NCBI GenBank assembly: GCA_963762145.1
Contig: CAVXJS010000019.1
Location: 256,001-320,000, forward strand
Reading direction: 5' to 3'
DNA: 64,000 nt
Source: an uncultured Candidatus Rokubacteria bacterium
Lineage (GTDB): Bacteria > Methylomirabilota > Methylomirabilia > Rokubacteriales > CSP1-6
The notes under the pieces were generated by a model, which saw nothing but the letters and a program-made list of their open reading frames with translations, did not search any database and was not told the origin of the DNA. How positions within the stretch are numbered: the stretch's first letter is position 1; each line of letters opens with the position of its first letter. This document shows positions 1 to 10,319 of this stretch, one piece after another. The position numbers and the translations under genes are program-made.

Positions 1-17
1 GAGCCGGGCTCGCGCTG

Positions 18-401
18 GTGATGCTGGTCGGGCTCGGCGGCTGCTCCCTTATCAGCTCCGACGATGAGTTCCCGCCCGCCCAGCCGCCCGCGGCCGCGAC
101 GCGCTTCAAGGTCACCGCGCCCGGCGGGTTTCCGGAGGACGTCTACCTGTCGGCGTGGGGGGAGGGCTACGTGATCCACGCCGCCGGCCAGGCTCCCATG
201 TACCTGATCTCCGACAAGAAGGGCGGCTTCATCATCCAGCGCCCCGGGGAGACGGCTACCTGGGTGTCCCCGCGGCCGGACGGCAGCGGCTGGACCATCC
301 TCTCCCCCAGCGCGCCGGCCACCCTCCTGCTCAAGCAGAAGGAAGGCACCTGGATCCTGCAGCCGCCCGGCGAGCTACCAACCCTGATCGTTCCGCAATA
401 G
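18..401 (+). CDS. Hypothetical lipoprotein with about four short internal repeats; the true start may lie before the window
   Basis: Hydrophobic N-terminus with lipobox LGGC; repeated G-(F/W/Y)-x-I/L...P/A-T units in the C-terminal half. Confidence 0.6.
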   Translation: MMLVGLGGCSLISSDDEFPPAQPPAAATRFKVTAPGGFPEDVYLSAWGEGYVIHAAGQAPMYLISDKKGGFIIQRPGETATWVSPRPDGSGWTILSPSAPATLLLKQKEGTWILQPPGELPTLIVPQ

Positions 402-428
402 ACGCCCCCTCCCGGGGCCTCTGCATAG

Positions 429-444
429 TGTCAGCTCCCTGACA
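429..444. promoter_or_regulatory. Palindrome TGTCAG-N4-CTGACA, candidate upstream activator site of the sigma54 promoter at 541
   Basis: TGTCAGCTCCCTGACA about 100 bp upstream of the -24 element; identical arms recur at 50987-51002. Confidence 0.6.
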
Positions 445-511
445 GTGGCCCTGTCATGGAGCGTCCACCAGCTGCCCTTCGTTGTCGGCTGACTGGCTGT
501 TCACCTAGATA

Positions 512-524
512 AATCAAGTTGTTA
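512..524 (+). promoter_or_regulatory. IHF binding site
   Basis: AATCAAGTTGTTA matches WATCAANNNNTTR, in an AT-rich patch between the palindrome and the promoter. Confidence 0.6.
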
Positions 525-540
525 TCTGTCCTCTGCCTCC

Positions 541-555
541 TGGCAGGGACGTTGC
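541..555 (+). promoter_or_regulatory. Sigma54 (-24/-12) promoter for the bactofilin-M23 operon
   Basis: TGGCAGG-GACG-TTGC fits TGGCACG-N4-TTGC with correct GG/GC spacing. Confidence 0.7.
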
Positions 556-668
556 GTACCCGTAGTTGATTCCCACGCGGCGACCCTGTCGAGGAGGCAA
601 CACACGATGCACGGATGTGCCGGCGCCAAGCTGGCCCTGGTCGGGCGGCAGTAGCGGCCACCCCTGCC

Positions 669-1082
669 ATGTGGCCCTGGAAAGCCCGCGTCTCTCCCGC
701 GACCCGAAAGAAGCTCACCGCCTTCCTCGATGAAGGCTCGGAGATCGAGGGCAAGTACACGTTCACCGGCACGGTCCTCCTCAACGGCAAATTCCAGGGT
801 GAGATCGCCTCGCCGGATACCCTCATCATCGGCGAGCGCGCGGTGGTCAATGCCACCGTTCGCACGGGCACGCTCGTGGTGAACGGGGAGCTCGTGGGCA
901 ACGTACACGCGAGCGAGCGGGTGGAGCTCACCGGCAAGGCCCGGGTCTTCGGGGACCTCGAGTCGCCGGTCGTGGTGCTGGACGAGGGCGTGCTGTTCGA
1001 GGGCCACTGCCGCATGCCCAGGTCCGGAGCGTCCGATCCGATGCGGGAGGCCGCGGCGGTGGTCTCCCTCAAGCGGTCATGA
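669..1082 (+). CDS. Bactofilin (polymer-forming cytoskeletal protein, CcmA family)
   Basis: AFLDEGSEIEG...LNGKFQGEI...IGERAVVNATV...VFGDLESPVVVLDEGVLFEGHCRM beta-helix pattern; start taken at ATG 669. Confidence 0.9.
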   Translation: MWPWKARVSPATRKKLTAFLDEGSEIEGKYTFTGTVLLNGKFQGEIASPDTLIIGERAVVNATVRTGTLVVNGELVGNVHASERVELTGKARVFGDLESPVVVLDEGVLFEGHCRMPRSGASDPMREAAAVVSLKRS

Positions 1083-1972
1083 GCGACCGGCACGGCGGCG
1101 GCTTCACCCTGGTCCTGGTCCACAGCCGCGGCACGCGCATGCTTCACGTGGGCTGCCCCAGGTGGCTTCTCTGGGTTGGCCTGACCCTCCTGCTGATGAG
1201 CGGCGCGCTGCTCACCGGGACCTGGATGGACTACTTCGCGCTCAAGCGGGCACAGCTCCAGGCCGCCGCGCTCGAGCGCCGGGTCGAGGAGCAGCGGGCC
1301 GAGATCGAGGTCTTCGAGCTGCGGGTGGCGGAGGTCAACCGCGAGGTGGCCGGCTGGCAGACGATGCACGTGCGCCTCTGGAGCGCGTTCGGCCCCGCCC
1401 CCGGGCACGGGGGCAAGGGCACGGGCATGGGTGGCGCGGTGGCCGTCCTGCCGCTGGTCTTCGCGACCGAAGGGCCTGCTCTGCCACAGCAGCTCGCCTT
1501 CCTGGCCAGCACCGTGAGCGAGAGTGGCGAGAGCCTGCGGGCGCTGGGTCGCTTCGTGGACCGCACGCGCTCGGTGTTCCTCGCGATGCCCTTCCGCTGG
1601 CCGGTCCGCGGGCCGCTGAACTCGCGCTTCGGGCACCGCCCGTCGCCCTGGACGGGCGAGCCCGAGTTCCATCGCGGCCTCGACATCAGCGCCGGCCGCG
1701 GCACTCCGGTGTACGCGCCGGCCACCGGCACCGTGCACTACGCGGGCGCGGGCGGCGAGTACGGCAACATCGTGATCCTCGATCACGGGAACGAGCTGCG
1801 CTCCCTGTACGGGCACCTGCAGGAGGCCCGCGTGAAGCACGGCCAGCGCGTGGAGCGCGGCCAGCTCATCGCTCTCACCGGCAACACCGGCCGCACCTCC
1901 GGCCCCCACCTGCACTACGAGATCCAGGTGCGTGGCCAGGCGGTGGACCCCCGCCAGTACATCTCGGAGTAG
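1079..1972 (+). CDS. M23 family metallopeptidase with N-terminal TM helix and coiled coil
   Basis: HRGLD, YGHL and GRTSGPHLHYE motifs; ATGA overlap with the bactofilin gene. Confidence 0.92.
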   Translation: MSDRHGGGFTLVLVHSRGTRMLHVGCPRWLLWVGLTLLLMSGALLTGTWMDYFALKRAQLQAAALERRVEEQRAEIEVFELRVAEVNREVAGWQTMHVRLWSAFGPAPGHGGKGTGMGGAVAVLPLVFATEGPALPQQLAFLASTVSESGESLRALGRFVDRTRSVFLAMPFRWPVRGPLNSRFGHRPSPWTGEPEFHRGLDISAGRGTPVYAPATGTVHYAGAGGEYGNIVILDHGNELRSLYGHLQEARVKHGQRVERGQLIALTGNTGRTSGPHLHYEIQVRGQAVDPRQYISE

Positions 1973-2044
1973 CCGCGACGTAGGCCCCGCAGTTGTGGTT
2001 TGATCTCCTCACGGTCGACCAATTCCGACGAGGAGGATCCCGCC

Positions 2045-2854
2045 ATGCCCATCGTCTCCGTCAAGGACCTCACCACCGACCTGCTGATCCGCTACGGCTT
2101 CCAGATCCTGGGCGCCCTCGTCATCCTGGGTGTCGGCTTGCTCCTGGCGCGCTGGGTGGGCAATCTCATGGCGCAGTGGCTCGAGCGCCGCAACCTCGAG
2201 CCGCCGGTCCGCAGCCTCATGGTGAAAGCGGTACGGGTCGTGGTGCTGATGTTCACCCTGGTCGTCGCGCTCGACAAGTTCGGCTTCCAGGTGGCGCCGC
2301 TGGTGGCCGGCATCGGGGTGGCCGGCATCGGCATCGGCATCGCGCTTCAGGGCGTGCTGGGCAACGTGGTGGCCGGCCTCAGCATCATCATGACCAAGCC
2401 GTTCCGGGTGGGGGAGTGGATCTCGATCGTCGGAGTCTACGGGCAGGTGAGCACGATCGAGCTGTTTTCCACCACGCTGCTCCATCCCGACCAGTCCCGG
2501 GTCGTGATTCCCAACCGCAAGATCGTCGGCGAGATCCTGCACAATCACGGGATCACCAGACAGCTTGATCTGAAGGTGGGAGTCGCCTACGGGACCGACC
2601 TGTCCAAGGCGCAGGCCACCGCGCTGGAGACGCTGCTCGCCAACCCGCGTGTGCTCAAGATCCCGGCGCCGGAGGTGGGCATCGCGAGCCTGGGTGACTC
2701 GGCGATCATTCTCGCGCTGGGCCCATGGGTGGCGTTGCCCGACTACGCGCCGGCTCAGGGCGAGCTCTACCAGGCGGTGGTGGAGCGCTTCCGGGCCAGC
2801 GGCATCGAGATGCCTGCGCCCCAGCGGGAGGTGCGACTGCACGCGGCGGCCTGA
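2045..2854 (+). CDS. mscS: Small-conductance mechanosensitive channel (MscS family)
   Basis: Three TM helices, GIALQGVLGNVVAG, KPFRVGEWI, VVIPN; SD GAGGAGG upstream of ATG 2045. Confidence 0.9.
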   Translation: MPIVSVKDLTTDLLIRYGFQILGALVILGVGLLLARWVGNLMAQWLERRNLEPPVRSLMVKAVRVVVLMFTLVVALDKFGFQVAPLVAGIGVAGIGIGIALQGVLGNVVAGLSIIMTKPFRVGEWISIVGVYGQVSTIELFSTTLLHPDQSRVVIPNRKIVGEILHNHGITRQLDLKVGVAYGTDLSKAQATALETLLANPRVLKIPAPEVGIASLGDSAIILALGPWVALPDYAPAQGELYQAVVERFRASGIEMPAPQREVRLHAAA

Positions 2855-2897
2855 GCGCCGCGCGCTCTGCTACGCGGTGCCGGTCGGCGTAGTCGCG

Positions 2898-4055
2898 CTA
2901 CTCGCCGAATGAGGGAGGCCGAGCGACTTCCTGGAGGAGCAGCAAGAGCACCGCGGTGGTGACCAGGCACGGTCCGATCACCTCGAGCCCGGCACGCGTC
3001 GCGAGCAGGCCGGTGAGGCCGGGAATGGCGGCAACTCCAAGACAGGCGCCCGCGACCTGGAAGCCAATTGCGGACGTGGCATGCGCGGACCCGAGGCGAG
3101 CCGGCGTTTCCGCGATCAGCGTCGGGAAGATCGGGGCCAGGGCGAAGCCGAGCGCGGCCAGTCCAACCGGCCCGGCGCCCATGCCTGGATCCCACCAGAT
3201 CAGCACCGCACCGGCCAGCGCCCCAATCGTGCCGATGCGGAGAAGGGCATTCGCGGTGAGTCGGCTCGCGAGCGCTCCTGACACGACGCGGCCGACGGTG
3301 AGTGCCCCCCAGTAGATCGCGATCCAGATGCCCGCGGCGCCCGTCGCGATCCCACGCGCCTCCGTGAAGAGGCTGTAGGTCCACTGGCCGGCCGTCACTT
3401 CGAGGCCCGCATAGACGAAGAAGAGGGCGACGTGGAGCCAGACTCTCGGCCGCCCCACCGTGTCGAAGAGTCCGGCCGCACGTTCGGGCGCAGTGGCCGG
3501 CGAGTCCGGGTCCGAGCGCGCCATCGTCCACAGGGAGATCGTGACCAGGAAGCTCACCGCCATCGCGGCCAGCAGGACGCCGATCCCCGCGTAGCCCCAG
3601 CGCCATCCGAGGCCCGAGGTGAGGACCGCGGTCATCAGGAGCGGACCGAGCATCGCGCCGACGCCGTAGCAGGCGTGAAGCCAGCTCACGAGGCGCGGCG
3701 AGAACCGCGCCGCCGCGAAGGCGTTGATCCCCGCGTCGATGGCACCGGCGCCGAGCCCGGCGAGCAGGCCGGCCGCCACCATCACGCTCCAGGCCGGAGC
3801 CAGCGCGCAGGTGAGGGCATTCACGGCCATCAGCACGCTGCTCCACAGCAGCACGCGCCCGACGCCCAGGCGCGCCACCAGCGCACCGCTGCTGAAGCTC
3901 GAGACGAGATAGCCGATCATGGCCGAGGCGAGCAGCGAGCCGAGCTGCCCCGGAGGCAGGCCGAACGAGCGGCGGATCGACGGCCAGGCCACGCCGAGGA
4001 TCCCGTCCGGGAGTCCCAGGCTGACGAAGGCCAGGAGCGCGATGGCGAGGAGCAC
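2898..4055 (-). CDS. MFS transporter
   Basis: About 12 hydrophobic segments; SLGLPDGILGVAWP, GAGAIDAGIN, LHACYGVGA motifs. Confidence 0.88.
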   Translation of the reverse strand: MLLAIALLAFVSLGLPDGILGVAWPSIRRSFGLPPGQLGSLLASAMIGYLVSSFSSGALVARLGVGRVLLWSSVLMAVNALTCALAPAWSVMVAAGLLAGLGAGAIDAGINAFAAARFSPRLVSWLHACYGVGAMLGPLLMTAVLTSGLGWRWGYAGIGVLLAAMAVSFLVTISLWTMARSDPDSPATAPERAAGLFDTVGRPRVWLHVALFFVYAGLEVTAGQWTYSLFTEARGIATGAAGIWIAIYWGALTVGRVVSGALASRLTANALLRIGTIGALAGAVLIWWDPGMGAGPVGLAALGFALAPIFPTLIAETPARLGSAHATSAIGFQVAGACLGVAAIPGLTGLLATRAGLEVIGPCLVTTAVLLLLLQEVARPPSFGE

Positions 4056-4078
4056 GAAGCGGCGCGCTCCGAGACTGA

Positions 4079-5143
4079 CTAGGCGGTCGCCGCCACCGAG
4101 TAGATCGGAACGGCCTCGCGCCGGGTCTTGATCTGGGTGGGCCCGAGGGCCTCGACGTCGAATCCGTTGCCGAGGCCGCTCCGGGTGTTCTCGTCGATGA
4201 GGATGGGCCGGCCGAGCACCTTGGTGTGAGCCTCCAGATGCGCGGCGAGGTTCACCGCGTCTCCCACGCCGGTGTAGGTCATGCGCTGCTGGGTTCCGGT
4301 GAAGCCGGCGATCAGAGGCCCGGAGGCGATGCCGATGCCGATTCGAACCTCGACCGCGCCGCGGCGCGCGCGATCCTGGTTGAAGGCGTCCATCATCTCG
4401 AGCATCTCGAGGGCGGCGCGTACCGCGCGGGTGCGGTGGTCCGTCAGCGGAAGCGGCGCGCCGAAGATCGCCATGAGGCCGTCTCCGAGCATCTGGTTGA
4501 CGATCCCGCCGTGCCCCGCGATCGCGTCGAAGGTGAGGGTGTAGTAGCTGTTGAGGAGCTCGATGGTCTCGGCGGGCGGCAGGGTCTCGGTGAGGCTCGT
4601 GTACGAGCGGATGTCCGAGAACATGACGCTGGCCTCGACCTGCTTGTATCGGCCGTCGAGAGAGCCGCCCGCGGTCAGCACCTCGTCGGCCACCTCGGCG
4701 GTGGCGAACTTCCGGAACAGCTCGCGCTGGAGGTCCCGCAGCCGCTTCTTCTCCAAGCTCGCCGCCACGCGGGCTCGGAGCAGCACCGGATTGACCGGCT
4801 TGAAGAGGTAGTCCTCGGCGCCCATCTCGATGCAGCGCGCGACGCTGTCGACCTCCTCGACCGAGGACATCATGACGACCGGGACGTCCCGCAGGCGCGG
4901 GTCGGCGGCGAGCGCGGCCAGGGTCTGGTAGCCGTCCATCTCGGGCATCTCGATATCGAGCAGGATCAGGTCCGCGCGCCGCTGGCCGAGCGCCTCCAGC
5001 GCCTGGCGCCCGTTCTCGGCGAACGCGACGGTGTGTCCGAGCTGCTCGAGGGCGCGTCCCAGCAGGAGCCGGTTGACCCGGTTGTCGTCGACGACCAGGA
5101 GGCTGCCCGCCGCGGTGCTAGTCGGTGTACTCACGTCGGACAT
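4079..5143 (-). CDS. Receiver domain fused to class III adenylate/guanylate cyclase
   Basis: LVVDD...LLDIEMP receiver; MFSDIRSYT, LGDGLMA, GDAVNLAAHLE cyclase motifs. Confidence 0.9.
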   Translation of the reverse strand: MSDVSTPTSTAAGSLLVVDDNRVNRLLLGRALEQLGHTVAFAENGRQALEALGQRRADLILLDIEMPEMDGYQTLAALAADPRLRDVPVVMMSSVEEVDSVARCIEMGAEDYLFKPVNPVLLRARVAASLEKKRLRDLQRELFRKFATAEVADEVLTAGGSLDGRYKQVEASVMFSDIRSYTSLTETLPPAETIELLNSYYTLTFDAIAGHGGIVNQMLGDGLMAIFGAPLPLTDHRTRAVRAALEMLEMMDAFNQDRARRGAVEVRIGIGIASGPLIAGFTGTQQRMTYTGVGDAVNLAAHLEAHTKVLGRPILIDENTRSGLGNGFDVEALGPTQIKTRREAVPIYSVAATA

Positions 5144-8100
5144 CTCCCAGCGCGTGTGCCACGCGCTCGTTCAAGTTCGCGAGCTGCTCGACCCGGTCGC
5201 CGGCCTCGTGCAGGTCTCCGGCCTGACCCAGGAGCTCGAGCTCGCGGGCGAGCGCGGCGAGCCCGCCGGCGCCCAGGCTCTCGCTGGTGGACTTCAGCGA
5301 GTGGGCGGCCCGGCGGAAGCCGTCCCGGTCCGTCCGCCCGAGGGCGGCGCGGAGTGCGGTCACCAGGTCCCGGGCGTCGGCGATGAAGGTGTCGATCAGC
5401 TCGACGACGAACGCGCGATCCATGGTGCCCCCGAGCCGCTCGATCACCGCACGGTCCACCACGCTCGCGGCCGGCGTGGCCGCCCCGCGCCGCGGGCTGC
5501 GGCCCAGGGCGGCCACCAGCTCCTCGACACGGATCGGCTTCGCGACGTAGTCGTCCATGCCCGCCGCGGTGCACAGCTCGCGGTCGCCCGGCATGGCGTT
5601 GGCGGTCATGGCCACCAGGCGCGGCCGGCGCTCCCCGGGCCAGCGCCGGTTGATCTCGCGGGAGGCCTCGAAGCCGTCGAGCTCCGGCATCTGCACGTCC
5701 ATGAGGACCACGTCGTAGGTCTGCCGGCCGACCGCGTCGATGGCCTCGAGGCCGTTGGCGGCCAGATCGGCCCGGTAACCCATCTGGCCCAGGATGCGAA
5801 GGGCGACCTTCTGGTTGACCACGTTGTCCTCGGCCACGAGGATGCGCAGCGGGTGCCGGCGGGCCATGTCGGGGTCGAGGTCGGTCTGCCCCATCCGCCG
5901 CTGCGGCACGTGGACCGGCTGCTCGGCAAGGACGGAGACGATGGCGTCGAAGAGCTGGGAGGGCTTGATGGGCTTGTTGAGATACGCGGCGAAGCCGGCC
6001 TCCTCCGCGCGCGCCTCGCGGCGGCCCAGCGAGGTGAAGAGGATCAGCGGCAAGGCCGTCCCGGCCGGTTGCTCGCGGATGGCCCGCGCCAGCGCCACGC
6101 CGTCCATCTCCGGCATGTGCATGTCCAGGACGCCGGCGTCGAAGCGCTCGCCGTCCCGGATCCAGCCGAGCGCCTCGGCCGGCGATTCGGTGGCGCGCGC
6201 CCGCATCCCCCAGGTGTCGAGGTGCGAGACGAGGATGCGCCGGTTGGTGGCGTTGTCGTCCACCACCAGGATGCGCTTGTCGTGTAGCGACGGCTGCACG
6301 CCGCTCAGGTCGCGCCGGACGGGGACCGGCGACTCGGCGGCGGGAACTTGGATGGTGAAGCGGAAGTCACTGCCCCCGCCGACCTCGCTGGTGACGCTGA
6401 TCCGACCGCCCATCAGCTCGGTCAGGCGCTGGCTGATCGCCAGCCCGAGCCCGGTGCCGCCGTAGCGGCGGGTGGTGGAGGCGTCGACCTGGCTGAAGGA
6501 CTGGAACAGGCGGCCGAGGCGGTCGGACGGGATGCCGATGCCGGTGTCGCGGACCGAGAAGGTCAGCTCCCACAGGCCGGCGTCGCGATGCGCGGTCACC
6601 GAGAGCACGATCTCGCCGCGCTCGGTGAACTTGACCGCGTTGGAGAGCAGGTTGAGCAGGATCTGGCGCAGGCGCGTGACGTCGCCGACGACCGCGCCGG
6701 GGGTCCCGTCGCCGAAGAGATACGCGAGGTCGAGGTTCTTCTCGGCGGCCCGGCTCGCCACCAGGTCCAGCGCGGACTCGACGCACTCGCGGAGGTCGAA
6801 CGGCTGGGCCTCGAGCTCGAGCCGGCCCGCCTCGATCTTGGAGAAGTCGAGGATGTCGTTGATCACGGTGAGGAGCGCGTCGCCGCTCTGCCGCACGATC
6901 TCCGCGTACTCGCGCTGCTCGTCGGTCAGCGCGGTGTTGAGGAGCAGCCCGCTCATGCCGATCACCGCGTTCATCGGGGTGCGGATCTCGTGGCTCATGG
7001 TGGCCAGGAAGGCGCTCTTGGCCTCGTTGGCCGCCTCCGCCTCCCGCCGGGCCAGGAGGAGCTCGGTGATGTCGTGGTAGATCCCGATCATGCCCATCCG
7101 GGTGCCGTCCACGACCACCGGCATGGACGAGATCTCGACGTCCACGATGCTGCCGTCCTTGCGGGCGCGCCGGCCGATCGCGCGGATCCATTCCCCGTCG
7201 AGGGTCTGGCGGATGTTGGCGCGCACCTCTTCCCGCTTTCCCGGGGCGGCCACCAGGTCCTCCATGCGGCGCCCGAGCGCCTCCGCCGGGGTATGACCGA
7301 AGAGGCGCTCGGCGCCGGGATTCCAGCCCGCCACGGTGCCCTGCAGATCCATCGTGACGATGGCCACCGGGCTGGTCTCGACGAGAGCCTCGGAGTACTG
7401 CTTCTGTCGGTGGATCTCGCGGAACAGCTCCGCGTTGTGGATGGCCAGTCCCGACTGGGTCGCGAAGGTCTGGAGCATGGCCACGACCTCGGGCGAGAAC
7501 GCGCCGCGCTCGCGCCGCAGGATGACGAGGCCGCCCAGCAGGCGGTCTTCCCGCACCAGCGGCACCGCGAGGAGCGAGCGCAGCCCCTGCTGGATGAGGA
7601 GGCGCTGGACCTGGGGGGCGACGAGGCGGGCCGCGGCCTCGACGTCCGCGACCTCCACGGGGGCCCGCTCGACCCCCGCCCGCCCGATTGCGCCCTCGCC
7701 GAGCCGGATCGGCGCGGCGCGCACCGCCTCCAGGAACGCGGACGGGATCTGGTGGGCGACGCGGGCGTGGAAGCTCTGGCTCGATTCGTCGAACTCGTAG
7801 ACGATACCGCCGGCGCTGCCGGAGAGCTCGACCGCGCGGCTGACGATGGTGGCCAGCACGGTCTCGAGGTCCAGCGTGGAGCTGACCGCGCGGCTCACCT
7901 CGCCGAGCGCCTGGAGCTCGCTGACCGAGTGGGTGAGCTGGCCCGTCCGGGCTTCCAGCTCCTTGAAGAGGCGGACGTTCTCGATCGCGATCACCGCCTG
8001 GTCGGCGAAGGTCTGCATCAGGCTGATCTGCCGGTCGCCGAAGCCGCGTGCCTCGGCGCGCCAGCACGCGATGACCCCGACCACGGTGTCGTCCCGCAGC

Positions 8101-10171
8101 ATCGGGACGGCGAGGAACGAGCGGTACCCGCCCGCCCGCTGGGTCGCCGCGCGGAGCGGATTGGCCGGCAGCGAGAGCACGTCGTCCACGTGGATGACCC
8201 GGCGCTCGAGGACCGCCTGGCCGATGGCCACCTCGGGCCCCGGCCGATAGGGGAAGAAGTCCACCCAGGCCTGGAGGATCTGCTCGCGGCCGGGGCCGTG
8301 GACCGACCCCTGGTGGAGCATCTCGCCGTCGAAGCGCAGCAGCGCGCCCGCGAACGCCTCGCACAGGCGGACCGCGCTCTCCACGATGGCGTCGAAAACC
8401 GGCTCCACGTCGGTGGGCGAGCTCGAGATCACGCGGAGGATCTCGCCGGTCGCGGTCTGCTGCTCCAGCGTCTCGGTCAGGTCGCGGTTGCGGCCGTCGA
8501 GCTCGGTGAAGAGGCGCACGTTCTCGATCGCGATGACGGCCTGGTCCGCGAAGGTCTTGAGGAGCTCGATCTGGCGGTCGGAGAAGTGCCCCACCTGCGA
8601 CCGTCCGACTGCGATCGCCCCGATCGGGCGGCCCTCCCGGATCATCGGGACCGCGACGATGCTGCGAAAGGTGACGACGCGCGCGACCGGGCCGAGGGTG
8701 AAGTCGGGATCTGCGTCGATGTCGGGGATGTGGGCGACGATGCCGTCGAGGATCGACCGCCCCGCGGCGCTACCGCGATTCGGCGGAGCGGAGAAGGCGC
8801 GGCGTACGGCCTCCGTCGCTTCGGTGGTGTGACCATGGCCGGCCACGAAGTGGAGCAGCTCGCCGTCGAACCGAAAGACCTGGCAGACGGTCCCCTCGCA
8901 CAGGCGGGCCGCGCTCTGAGCGATCGTGTCGAACACGGGCTGAGCGTCGGTGGGCGAGCTGGAGATGACCCGCAGGATCTCGCCGGTGGCGGTCTGCTGC
9001 TCGAGGGTCTCGGTCAGCTCGCGGTTGCGGGCCTGGACCTCGGTGAACAGGCGCACGTTCTGGATCGCGATGACCGCCTGCGCCGCGAAGGTCTTGAGCA
9101 GCTCGATCTGGGTCTCGGTGAAAGGACGCGGGGTGGTCCATCGGTGGACGACGATGGCCCCGACCGGAGCGCCCTCGTGGAGGATCGGAACACACAGGAC
9201 ACTCCGGAGTCCGACCCGGCGCAGCGAGTCGAGATCGAAGGTGGGGTCGTCGAGCACATCGGGGACGTGGGCGGCATTGCCGGTCAGGATCGCGCGGCCG
9301 GCCACACTGCCCAGCGTCGCCTCCATCGGGTAGATCTGGCGAAGGACCGCGCCGCCTTCCGAGCTCGTGTTGTCCAGGGACCGGAGGTTGATCAGCCGGC
9401 CGTCGTAGGTGAACACCGCGCCGGAGTCGGCGTTGCACAGACGCCGCGCGTTGCCGGCGATCGTGTCGAAGACGGGCTGGACGTCGGTGGGCGAGCTCGA
9501 GATGACGCCCAGGATCTCGCCGGTCGCGGTCCGCTGCTCGAGAGTCTCGGTCAGCTCGCGGTTGCGGGACTCGAGCTCGGTGAAGAGGCGGACGTTCTCG
9601 ATCGCGATGACCGCCTGGTCGGCGAAGGTCTGCACGAGCGCGATCTGGGCTGCGGTGAAGGGGCGGACCTGGCGACGGCCACAGCCGATCACGCCGATCG
9701 GCACCCGGTTGCGGAGGATCGGGATGGCCAGGAACGTCCGGTAGGGCGCCGCACGCTGGAGCACCTGCAGGGTGTGCGGATCGTAGGCGGGATCCTCCAG
9801 CACGTCCTCGCAATGGACCGCCCGGCCCTCCACGAACGCGCGGCCCATGATGAACCCGCGGTGCGCCGGTCGGGGAAGAGGCTCTGGTAGGCTCGGGTCT
9901 CCGCGGGGGACATGTTGTTGATCGCGGTCAGGTGAAGCAGGCCGTCATCATCGAGCCGCGCCACCGCGCTGAATCCGGCCTCGCACAGCCGCGCCGCGCT
10001 GGTCACGATCGCGTCGAACACGGGCTGGACGTCGTCCGGCGAGCTGGAGATGACCCGCAGGATCTCGGCGGTCGCCGCCTGCTGCTCGAGCGCCTCGGCC
10101 AGGCGCCCGGCCGAGCCGCCGGTCGAGGGGGCTCGACGGGTGGAGGAGGCACCGCGCCGGGCGGGCTTCAC
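5118..10171 (-). CDS. Hybrid sensor kinase 5xGAF-PAS-HisKA-HATPase-REC-REC-HPt, with one frameshift near 9872-9875
   Basis: [33 protein letters not shown], two receivers, AHSLKS HPt; ORFs 9689-10171 and 5118-9848 join if the G4 run at 9872-9875 is G5. The start may be the in-frame ATC at 10213 behind SD GGAGAG. Confidence 0.88.
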
Positions 10172-10319
10172 CGCGGCGGCCTTGATCTTCCTTGATTTCG
10201 CCTTCCGGGGGATAGCCCTCTCCTTGCGCGAGTGGCCGGCGCCCTGGAGCGGGCCGGGGACCGGACGACAGGCTAAGCGAAGGGGCCCCGCAGAGCAAGC
10301 CCGGTCGAGGCGCTGCCGG

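Noticed and set aside
6348-9890. 1180-aa plus-strand ORF and many other long overlapping ORFs
   Set aside because: Antisense or alternate-frame shadows of real genes, expected at this GC content; no recognisable motifs
7960-10090. Regularly spaced direct repeats resembling a CRISPR array
   Set aside because: They are in-frame inter-GAF linker repeats about 540 bp apart; no cas genes
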